From assembly GCA_039809385.1 (NCBI GenBank), contig JBDHUY010000006.1, positions 67,527 through 107,526 on the forward strand: a DNA stretch of 40,000 bases. The letters run 5' to 3'. Both the position numbers and the translations under genes were made by a program. The stretch is from Candidatus Altimarinota bacterium. GTDB taxonomy: Bacteria; Patescibacteriota; Gracilibacteria; JBDHUY01. Shown here piece by piece: positions 20,674 through 29,136 of this stretch. Positions within the stretch are counted from its first letter, which is position 1. Every line of letters starts with the position of its first letter. A model generated the notes under the pieces. It was not told where the DNA came from. It worked only from the letters and a program-made list of their open reading frames with translations, and did not search any database.

Positions 20674-23600
20674 CTAGTTGCTGACAGAGAGGTTGACGAA
20701 GCTGAGAGGCAGCTCATCGAAGAATTGACCGGACATATGGTCAAATGCGGCGATGGTACCACCCGGCTCTGAGTTGTCACTCCAGATGATGAAACATCCA
20801 TCAGCCTGTCGTGCAGCCAGAGATTCGGCTTCAAAGTTACAGCCAGCTTCTTCGGCAACGCGAGTCGAAACGGAGTGCGTACCGAAACCATAGATTCCGG
20901 AAGCAAAGTTCACGTCTCCCTTCACCACAAAGGTTCGGGAAGAGCCGCGATCAACCGTCTCTCCGCTCGAAGGATTGCTGTCGTCCAGATCGATTGTGAT
21001 CTGGCAGAGTTCTCCATCGGTCGGATTAGCATCAGAATTATCATCACACATTGCCACAACACTGTTGAGCTGATCGTTGTTCGGATCGCGAACAGTAATA
21101 TTGGATACACCCGCAGCCACAACACTCATGTCGAAGGTAACCCGGTTAAGGTCAAAATCGTTATGAGCATCCGAAGCGACTACAAAAGTGTACAGTGTTT
21201 GCTCAGATCCTTGTACCAGGGTCGTAGAACCAGGAGTTACATTGGCAAATGTGCCTTTGGTATCGGTAATGACAAAGTCATCGGAGAAACCGCTAACAGC
21301 GAGTTCGCCGGCTCCCAATTCCTGTCCCAGACTATCGGAAATGGCGTACACACCATCGGTAGCGGCAGGATCAAACAGACCCGGATCGGTCGGATCAAAA
21401 CCTGTGCCCTGACCGACGATCTCGGGGATCGTAGCCAGTGTCAGAACCTTACCGGTATCGATAGCCTGTGTAATGTCGTTGGTGATAGCCTTGACCGTTA
21501 CCTTGACACTTTGATCTTTGTTGATCTTCAGTGTGCTGGTCGATCCGAGGTTGAATTTCACCAGACCGTTCACCGCAGCGGCAGTCGTACTGCCACCCGG
21601 ATAACTCAATTCGTACAGGGAAACCCGACCGTCGGTATCATTGACCGTATTAAAGCTGCTGTCTACAGTTCCGAGAGAGAACTCACGAACCTGAACAGCA
21701 TCGTTTTTGGCAGTCATCTTCAAGACGAATACGCCCGTACCGCTGGACTCGGCTACGATAAAGCCTGAATCCGGAGTACTGTCATCGCGTACGACGGTCA
21801 GAGTACCGGTATTCTGGACCTGGAAGTAGGCCGTATTTGCCAGAGGCAGAGTAGGATTGAAGGTAGCACCGTTGCTGTTATCGTCTTCAATATCCAGATT
21901 GTTCAGCTGGAATCCGACAACGTTTCCGCCCGGAGCACCGGTAGAAATGTCGCAGCGCAATTCCATCTGTTTATCCGTATTTCGAGCCAAGGGGACATTG
22001 AGACCGTTGAAGGTCATCGTAGCGTTACCGGCAGCACCGTTCGGAACTTCGGCATCGCCCACCTGAGAACCTCCGATATAGAGGTAACAAGCCGGGATGA
22101 AGGAAGTGTCCAGATCGGTTCCGGCAGCGTCGAAGGTCTTGATGACCGCTTCGCGGATCGTCAGATCGGCAGCGTCGTTGGCGCGGATATTCCATTTGGC
22201 AAAGGTCTCCATCTGGACACCCGGTACGACATCTTCAGGACTGGTGAAACCGTCGTTGCGGCTTACCGTTACGAGAGAATTCTGAATAGTAACGACGTTA
22301 CCCGTAGCCTGTCCGACTGTATCGGTCGGAAGTACGTTTTCATCATTAGTATATTCAGCAGACTGTCCAGAGAGAAAGTCATGATCTCCAGCATCCTGAG
22401 CGCGGACAACAGCAGAGAATCTGTTTCCGGTTGTAGCAGCGTTGTCAATATCGGCAACGATCTTGATCTTGGTATCCTGAGTAACCGTGTAGGAAGAATC
22501 GAATGTCAAGATGTAATCGTTTGCTACCGTTCCTTGACATGGATTCGTGGTACCGCTGGCAACAAAATCGGTAGCCGTACCGGAGATACTGTCAATCAGA
22601 GAATCGCCGATATACAATTTGATATCGGACAGCTGATTGGCAACACCAGCAGGGGTGTTCTGATTGGAACAAACGTGTAAGTTCAAACCGTCGGCGCTGA
22701 AAGGCTGGCCGACATTGAGTTTGGCAACCAAGAGGGTGACCTCGTCGCTATCCAGTGCGACGGACTGTGTCGGAGGCGTCGAAGGATCGCGGGAAACCGT
22801 AATCGTACCTCCTTCAATAGTATAGGTAGGCAGGAAGTCGGTAGCACCGTCGGACCAGTTTCCGGTAGCGCCGAAACCAGTACTGGTTTCAAACGCTCGC
22901 AGGTCTTCAAGGTAGCGGACGCGGAACTGGATCGTGTCGTTATTGTCGCCATCGACGATATCGGCACGGATAGTATAGGTCCTGGTCTTACCGTCATCAA
23001 TCAAAGAGTTGATATTGTCGAAGATCAGATAATCTCCGGCAATCTGTACGGTAACAGGCAGTTTCTTGCCAGCCTCGTACAAACCGACATTGGCCAAAGC
23101 TACTTCAAGATCGGCACTGCCTTCGTTCTTGAAAGCAACATACTTGAAGTTGACCGTCTTATTGTCGGAAAGATTTTCCAGATCGAAACGACCGAGCTCG
23201 ACATCGGTATCGCCGATATCATAGTTGGTATCGTTCCCCTGAGGATCGTAATCCAGGCGAGTTACGAGGTAGCCGGAAGTCTGCATGGTAGCTCCGGTCA
23301 AAGGAAAAGTCCCGGTAACCTGAGCAGCTGTAGAAGCTACATCGTTAGCACTCTGAAGAGAGATAGCGTTATACTTGCCGGAAATCGGATTTCCGAAAGC
23401 ATCCAGAGCATCCATCTGAGCCATGACAACCAGATCGATCGAGCTGCCGGCTTTGACAACCAAAGCAGGGCTGAAGATCAGATTGATACGGTCATCAGTA
23501 GTAGGACTCTGGCGATTGGAAACGCGAACCCCGTTATACTCGACCCAAACCTTATCCAGATCATCAGCGTCACCCTGCCCGACACGCATAAGCGTCAAAC

Positions 23601-24522
23601 CGGAGAGCTGAATATCATTGGAAGCGCCGGCAGTCACACGATAGACAACATAGGTTGCCGAAGTGGTATTTGCAGGGACGATCTGAGCATTCGGAGTATT
23701 CGGAGAGAGCTGAATATCCAGAGTACCAGCCTTGGGGATATTGCTCGAGCTGTTGCTGTTACCATTTTTATTGGTATTAACATTGGCAGCGTTGCTGTTA
23801 CCGTTAGTAACAGGAGCATTGCTGTTGCCATTGCCGGCTACGCGATCTTTCGGACTGAGCGCATTCAGAGTGATTTTGGCCATCTGACCGCGTGTCAGTT
23901 TCTGATCGGGACCGAAGGTCGTAGCAGTCAGACCATCAAGAACGCTCTTGTTATAAGAGGTAGTGATGAAATCTTTGGCCCAATGGGAAAGAATATCGGT
24001 AAACGGAGCAGCCGGAGAGATCTTATTTGGAATACCGGCGCAGTTTACAGCGATCTTGGTAAATTCCGCGCGGGTGACAGGATTACCAGGACCAAATTGT
24101 CCGGTAGGAGTACCGGAAGAGGTCTTGTATCCGCTCATCAAACCGGCTTTGGTAACAGTGTAGATATAATCACTGGCCCATGATGCACCGGTTCCCCGAG
24201 CTACGTCAGTGAAGATAACCGGAGGATTGGTAGCATCGAGATCGGAGAGAATACCGACACGCTTGGCCATCTGATAACAGATCTTGGCGGCCTGATCGCG
24301 TGTGACATTATCCTCCGGAAAATATCGATTGCCCTTTTCAGATTTAGGGCCATCGACAAAACCCAGTTTGACCAGTTCATTGATATGATCGTGGGCAAAG
24401 TAGGTAGTAGGAACATCAACAAAGGTGTCGTTGGCCCGGGCGAGCGGAACCGTCAGGACGACTCCCAAGCTGATCATGGCAGTACTAAGAGCTGCCATTA
24501 GCTTTTTAAACCCAATATTCAT
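20674..24522 (-). CDS. S-layer-type surface protein with three N-terminal SLH domains and a large beta-rich body
   Basis: Signal peptide MNIGFKKLMAALSTAMISLGVVLTVPLARA. Three SLH-like units (FVDVPTTYFAHDHINELVKLGFVDG..., FTDVARGTGASWASDYIYTVTKAGLMSGY..., FTDILSHWAKDFITTSYNKSVLDGL...). An Asn-rich linker is followed by about 1000 aa of Thr/Val/Asp/Gly-rich sequence. I moved the start to the ATG at 24522, before the signal peptide. Confidence 0.85.
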   Translation of the reverse strand: MNIGFKKLMAALSTAMISLGVVLTVPLARANDTFVDVPTTYFAHDHINELVKLGFVDGPKSEKGNRYFPEDNVTRDQAAKICYQMAKRVGILSDLDATNPPVIFTDVARGTGASWASDYIYTVTKAGLMSGYKTSSGTPTGQFGPGNPVTRAEFTKIAVNCAGIPNKISPAAPFTDILSHWAKDFITTSYNKSVLDGLTATTFGPDQKLTRGQMAKITLNALSPKDRVAGNGNSNAPVTNGNSNAANVNTNKNGNSNSSSNIPKAGTLDIQLSPNTPNAQIVPANTTSATYVVYRVTAGASNDIQLSGLTLMRVGQGDADDLDKVWVEYNGVRVSNRQSPTTDDRINLIFSPALVVKAGSSIDLVVMAQMDALDAFGNPISGKYNAISLQSANDVASTAAQVTGTFPLTGATMQTSGYLVTRLDYDPQGNDTNYDIGDTDVELGRFDLENLSDNKTVNFKYVAFKNEGSADLEVALANVGLYEAGKKLPVTVQIAGDYLIFDNINSLIDDGKTRTYTIRADIVDGDNNDTIQFRVRYLEDLRAFETSTGFGATGNWSDGATDFLPTYTIEGGTITVSRDPSTPPTQSVALDSDEVTLLVAKLNVGQPFSADGLNLHVCSNQNTPAGVANQLSDIKLYIGDSLIDSISGTATDFVASGTTNPCQGTVANDYILTFDSSYTVTQDTKIKIVADIDNAATTGNRFSAVVRAQDAGDHDFLSGQSAEYTNDENVLPTDTVGQATGNVVTIQNSLVTVSRNDGFTSPEDVVPGVQMETFAKWNIRANDAADLTIREAVIKTFDAAGTDLDTSFIPACYLYIGGSQVGDAEVPNGAAGNATMTFNGLNVPLARNTDKQMELRCDISTGAPGGNVVGFQLNNLDIEDDNSNGATFNPTLPLANTAYFQVQNTGTLTVVRDDSTPDSGFIVAESSGTGVFVLKMTAKNDAVQVREFSLGTVDSSFNTVNDTDGRVSLYELSYPGGSTTAAAVNGLVKFNLGSTSTLKINKDQSVKVTVKAITNDITQAIDTGKVLTLATIPEIVGQGTGFDPTDPGLFDPAATDGVYAISDSLGQELGAGELAVSGFSDDFVITDTKGTFANVTPGSTTLVQGSEQTLYTFVVASDAHNDFDLNRVTFDMSVVAAGVSNITVRDPNNDQLNSVVAMCDDNSDANPTDGELCQITIDLDDSNPSSGETVDRGSSRTFVVKGDVNFASGIYGFGTHSVSTRVAEEAGCNFEAESLAARQADGCFIIWSDNSEPGGTIAAFDHMSGQFFDELPLSFVNLSVSN

Positions 24523-25481
24523 AGTAGAAACATGTTGGGTTAGAGAAATAAAACACCCAAGAAACACCACCTCGTGCTTTCAACGCGTAAAAACGTCGTC
24601 AAAAATGAGAAGGGGCGGGTGAGAGGTTGAAAGAAACGGAAAGATAAGGTTGGTATGATGGGGACACTCTTACATTATTATATGAAAACAATACGCAAGA
24701 GGAATTTCTGGGAGAAATTCTTCTCCCTGTTCCAGCCTTGTAAAAATCACGCGTTTCCTTCGAAAAACAGAAAACTTTCTTTTTGCGGAAATAGCCTTTT
24801 CTTTTCCCCAATTTTCAAAGATCGCTTCTTTTCGGCTTCGAAAATCAATAGAATTCGCAATCTACTGCACAAAAATCTTGTGCACAACTACACGGAGCCG
24901 ATTGTAGCAAATGGGTTTTTCTCTGTCAATAAAAACAAAAACCTTGTTTTCACGTCAGAAAGAGATTGCCCTACCAAATGGTGTTTGCCACCATCAAACC
25001 ATGCAAGATTGCGCTTTTTCCGTGACTCACATGTACAAACGAACCAAAAAGGACTTTGTTTCAAAAAAAATAATTGAAGTATTTTAATATTATTCTTTAA
25101 TAACACTTCTCCGATCCTTGTGGAGAAATAATCATCTAATGAAACCTAGGCCATAATGTGAGATACGTTTATCATATTCCCTCCTTACCGGTCTGCGTTC
25201 TTGCCAAGAAAGCGGTATCAATACGAGACATAGGTCCCTCGCAACGCCAAACGTGCTATTTGTTCGTTTTCTACGCAAAAAGAGCCCCTTACGTTCAAAG
25301 TGTACGCATACCGAAAACCCTTTTTCGTAATGAAAGAACCGACGATCAAGCATGCAGAGCCACCCCTCTGCGAATCTCACACAGTGCCAGATGGAGTGAT
25401 ATCCCCGAGGCTACTTCGATTTCTTTGGATGAAAGCATTTTCCCCTTTGTCACATTTCCTATTAAAAAGAGTGGCAAGTAG

Positions 25482-25510
25482 TTGCAGAAATTCGCTAAAA
25501 AGCTTATAAT
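25482..25510 (+). promoter_or_regulatory. near-consensus sigma70-type promoter
   Basis: TTGCAG (25482-25487), an exact 17-nt spacer, then TATAAT (25505-25510). Confidence 0.55.
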
Positions 25511-25554
25511 GCTATGAACCTTGCTAAAAATATAACTTTTCACAAAACAAAAAT

Positions 25555-25707
25555 ATGGCTTTGGAAAAACAAAAGTCGTCCGCCGCGGCAGATAAAACCA
25601 AAATGACCGCGAAGAGAACACGGGCAATGACCAAGAATTTTTTCGTCGTTCGCCCGATCGGTCTAGCTGAAGGAGCTGCCCCAACCAACCTTACTAAACG
25701 TGCTTAA
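25555..25707 (+). CDS. small basic ORF (50 codons), candidate leader peptide or small protein
   Basis: My own translation gives MALEKQKSSAAADKTKMTAKRTRAMTKNFFVVRPIGLAEGAAPTNLTKRA. It sits between the promoter at 25482 and the terminator at 25701, and its stop codon lies inside the terminator stem. It falls below the ORF-track length cutoff. Confidence 0.35.
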   Translation: MALEKQKSSAAADKTKMTAKRTRAMTKNFFVVRPIGLAEGAAPTNLTKRA

Positions 25708-25729
25708 TCTTTTCGTTAAGCATTTTTTT
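25701..25729 (+). terminator. intrinsic terminator/attenuator 33 nt upstream of the first surface-protein gene
   Basis: tgcttaa-tcttttcg-ttaagca (7-bp stem) followed by T7. Confidence 0.6.
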
Positions 25730-25761
25730 ACACACTTATTTACTTTTATTTACTACCAAGT

Positions 25762-28700
25762 ATGGAAAACAAGAAACCGACGGCAGCGGATATGAAGAGA
25801 AACTGGATTCTGTTCGGACTGATTCTGGGAGTTGCCGCACTGGCCGTGGCAGCCTATGTTATGAATCAAAACGCCCGGCAGTACAAGGGAGCCTCAATTG
25901 ATCCAAACGACATCAACCCCAGCCAAAACTTTACACAAATTGATGGTATCGGCGATACCGGAGGTCTGGGAATTAGTAATGGCTGCCCAAATAGTACGCC
26001 CTTTCTCTGTTCAGATGGGAGTTGTGCTTCAACCATCACTCAATGTGACCAGCTGTCTCAATGTACGACAAACTGTAATGCGGTACCGTCTTCTTTTGCT
26101 ACATCCTGTATCCAGCAAGGCGGAAGTTATTCCTGTGATAGCTGTGGATATGGCTGTGAAGGACTGCCTTCCTCAAGTTCGAGCAGTTCATCCGGTAGTT
26201 CCAGTGGGGGGTTTCAGATCTGTTATGTACAAAGCTGTAATACTTTGGGACAATGTGTAGGAAGAACTCAGAAAGTTGGAATCGGCGATCCTTGTCCAGT
26301 AAGTCAATGCTCCTCGGACGCGGTTTGCGGAATTTTGACCGATCCGTGCGGTGACGGAATTTGCTCGCTCGGTGAAAGTCCCATCAGTTGCCCGTCAGAT
26401 TGTAGTGGCGGGACCAGCAGCGGCGGCACGACCGCATTGTCAATCACCAATCTGAATCCAATTACGAGTCCGGTGGGTACAGCCACGACCGTTACCATCA
26501 CTGGAACCGGCTTCAATTCCACGACGAACACCGTCCGTTTTACTGGAACGAATTTCAATGCCGATATACCAGCAACAGTCCTATCAGGCGGTACTGGTGG
26601 ACAATGCGGAAACAGAATTTGTGAGACCGGTGAGACCAGTCTGAATTGTCCTTCGGATTGTCCTATAAATGCGGCGCAGTATAAATGCTCGTCCAGATTT
26701 ATTCACGGCCAACCGATCGAATTTTGCCGACAATGTACTACCGGAGAAACTGGTTGTACGAGTCAAGAAGAATGTTCACTCAGTTGCGGAACCGGACTTC
26801 TCAACTATAAAGATCAAAAAGATAGCTCTTTTGCCGAGGCCCTTGGGATACCTCGAGCCGAGGCTCTGTCTGGAATCCCACTTCAATGTGGTGACGGAGA
26901 TACAACGATATGTCAAAGCTGTTCCCAAATGGGAGGAGTCGGTTGTTTGCCAAATTGCGGAGGATCGGCCGATACCGGCAGCACTTGCTATGAATGCGCT
27001 AATCCATTAGACGTTTACTGTAAACCCAAAACGATTATCATTCGTCCGTTGGTCTGTGATCCGGCCTGTTCTGCGGGAGAATCCTGCATCGACGGTATAT
27101 GTATTTCTTCCGGCGGAGGTACCAGCGGCGGAGGTACAGGTACCGCGACGCAGCTTCAATTTGTAGTCCCGGACACTGCACCAGTCGGAAGTTATTCTGT
27201 TCGGGTCTATACCGGAGCACCGAATCCGAGGGCACTCGTGCTGAGCAATAGTCTTCCTTATACGATAACTCCGGTTTGCGGCAACAATATGTGCGAAGCC
27301 GGAGAAACGACTACGAGCTGCCCGGCCGACTGCGGAAATACGAATGTTAATTCCGGCAACGGAAATGGTAATGGCAATCCGAATTCCAACAACGGTAACA
27401 ACAATGGAGGATTGATGTGCGATCCCAATAGCATCCAGGCTTTTGGAACCCCCAGCACCGGTCCGGCTCCTCTGAACGTTCAATTCGGTACAACTCCCAG
27501 CAGCACCCAATGCAGCAACAGTTATACTTGCAGTTGGTTCTACGACGACGGTCCGCAGCAGGACGTTTTAACCGGTTGTACGCCGACACATACGTATAGC
27601 AGTGCGGGTACCTACCATCCCACCGTCACTATTACGAATAACAAAGGAGTAACAAGTACAAAGACCATTACGGTTACGGTTACACAGGGGGCGGCACAAT
27701 GCGAGCTACCGGGTGACGTCAATGCCGACAAGAAAGTCGATATTTCTGATCTGGCCAAAATGGCCGACTACCTGAGTTTGGCTATTCCTCTGGACGAGCC
27801 ATTAAGACTTTGCGGCAATGTGGCTCAACCTTGTAATAATGTGCTGGACATTTCGGATCTCTCGACACTGGCCGACTACCTGAGTCTGGCAATTCCGACA
27901 CTGCAAGTCTGTAGCAGCAGCGGCAGCATGAATAACAATACCAATAGTTCTACAGCGACGGTAACACTGTCCTCATTATCGCCAACCAGCGGTCCGGTTG
28001 GAACACTGGTAACGATAACCGGTGCGGGATTTACATTGAGCGGGAATGAAGTGTTCTTTGGAAACGGATATATCCCGAACGTTGCTTCCACGAACAACGG
28101 CACGACGCTCCAGTTCAGGGTTCCGGGCACGCTGGTCCCCAAATGTACCCTACTCCCTACGACAAGTTGTCTCCTGCCTGTCCGGATTACTGTGGAAGGA
28201 GCATACGACATTACTGTTGTAAATGGTCAGGGCGTACAGGGCCAAAAGAGTCTTAGTTTTACCGTAACCTCAGGCACTACAAGCGATACAGGATATAAGT
28301 GTGTCGGGACAACCAATAGTATTCCCCCAAGCTACATCTGCCAAGCCTGTACTATCGGCGAGACCGGCTGCAGTGATCTCAACAGCTGCCAGACAAGCTG
28401 CGGAGCATCAGGTAGTCAATTCAGCAGCGACACCTCGGCTGTCTATTTTCTAACGCAAGAAGCTACTCAGACATATAAAAACGATCTGGATACGCTACCT
28501 CTCTCTGCGGAGTTACAAACTTTGATAACAAACAGCGGTCTCAGTCTGCAGAATTTGAAAGACATCGCCGCGGGAGCCCCTTACGCGCGAGTAATAACCT
28601 ACACTTTGACGATTCCAACGGTCAATATAAAAACACCGGTTGTCTTATTCTATCAGAAAGACAAAAGCGGTACGCTGCGTAGCAACGGAGAACCGGTTAC

Positions 28701-29073
28701 TCTGACACAACCGGCGCCGTACACCTATCAGTTTAAAAAATACTACGCCCGGATCAAGGGAACCTCGCCAGCCAAATATTGTGAGGTAAGCGAAAAGGCG
28801 CCTCAAACTTGTCTGACGGTCAACGGCAGCGAAAAAGTAATCGACGATGCCTATTTTGATACGATCAATAATCGACTGATCCTGGGAAATGACACCTGGG
28901 TCAGTATCGACGGCAGAGAACTGGGATTAACTCAGCATTTGAAGAGTTATTTCTACAAAATCGAAACAAAGTATCCGCTGGATAACCTGATGGGGTGGCT
29001 GTGCTCCATGGAATACGTCGGATTACCGATTACTGACATCCAAAAGGCAAAAGCATGTTCTGCATATCAATAA
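25762..29073 (+). CDS. giant anchored surface protein: Cys-rich modules, IPT/TIG-like and PKD-like domains, dockerin-like module, unique C-terminal domain
   Basis: N-terminal signal anchor WILFGLILGVAALAVAAYV. Three CGxxxCExGExxxxCPxDC modules at 26347-26403, 26605-26661 and 27277-27333. IPT-like LNPITSPVGTATTVTITGTGF and LSPTSGPVGTLVTITGAGF. PKD-like GPAPLNVQF...THTYSSAGTYHPTVTITNNKG. The dockerin-like pair is listed separately. Confidence 0.8.
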   Translation: MENKKPTAADMKRNWILFGLILGVAALAVAAYVMNQNARQYKGASIDPNDINPSQNFTQIDGIGDTGGLGISNGCPNSTPFLCSDGSCASTITQCDQLSQCTTNCNAVPSSFATSCIQQGGSYSCDSCGYGCEGLPSSSSSSSSGSSSGGFQICYVQSCNTLGQCVGRTQKVGIGDPCPVSQCSSDAVCGILTDPCGDGICSLGESPISCPSDCSGGTSSGGTTALSITNLNPITSPVGTATTVTITGTGFNSTTNTVRFTGTNFNADIPATVLSGGTGGQCGNRICETGETSLNCPSDCPINAAQYKCSSRFIHGQPIEFCRQCTTGETGCTSQEECSLSCGTGLLNYKDQKDSSFAEALGIPRAEALSGIPLQCGDGDTTICQSCSQMGGVGCLPNCGGSADTGSTCYECANPLDVYCKPKTIIIRPLVCDPACSAGESCIDGICISSGGGTSGGGTGTATQLQFVVPDTAPVGSYSVRVYTGAPNPRALVLSNSLPYTITPVCGNNMCEAGETTTSCPADCGNTNVNSGNGNGNGNPNSNNGNNNGGLMCDPNSIQAFGTPSTGPAPLNVQFGTTPSSTQCSNSYTCSWFYDDGPQQDVLTGCTPTHTYSSAGTYHPTVTITNNKGVTSTKTITVTVTQGAAQCELPGDVNADKKVDISDLAKMADYLSLAIPLDEPLRLCGNVAQPCNNVLDISDLSTLADYLSLAIPTLQVCSSSGSMNNNTNSSTATVTLSSLSPTSGPVGTLVTITGAGFTLSGNEVFFGNGYIPNVASTNNGTTLQFRVPGTLVPKCTLLPTTSCLLPVRITVEGAYDITVVNGQGVQGQKSLSFTVTSGTTSDTGYKCVGTTNSIPPSYICQACTIGETGCSDLNSCQTSCGASGSQFSSDTSAVYFLTQEATQTYKNDLDTLPLSAELQTLITNSGLSLQNLKDIAAGAPYARVITYTLTIPTVNIKTPVVLFYQKDKSGTLRSNGEPVTLTQPAPYTYQFKKYYARIKGTSPAKYCEVSEKAPQTCLTVNGSEKVIDDAYFDTINNRLILGNDTWVSIDGRELGLTQHLKSYFYKIETKYPLDNLMGWLCSMEYVGLPITDIQKAKACSAYQ
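27712..27897 (+). other. dockerin-like duplicated calcium-binding segment within the 25762 gene
   Basis: GDVNADKKVDISDLAKMADYLSLAIP ... NNVLDISDLSTLADYLSLAIP. This is two F-hand-like repeats with the type I dockerin consensus (GDVNxDxxVxxxDxxxLxxYL); the second calcium loop is degenerate. Confidence 0.6.
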
Positions 29074-29136
29074 ATACTTCCACTTTTCTTCACCAAAAAT
29101 TTCTCATTACCTCTATAATTTAATTCATCGTTTTTT

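Noticed and set aside
24599-25684. ORFs in the long intergenic region (24655-25077 at 140 aa, 25158-25481, 25346-25684 and others)
   Set aside because: They overlap each other on both strands and are basic and low-complexity with odd Phe/Lys/Arg-rich composition. I treat the region as non-coding or regulatory, except for the 50-codon ORF, which has its own promoter and terminator.
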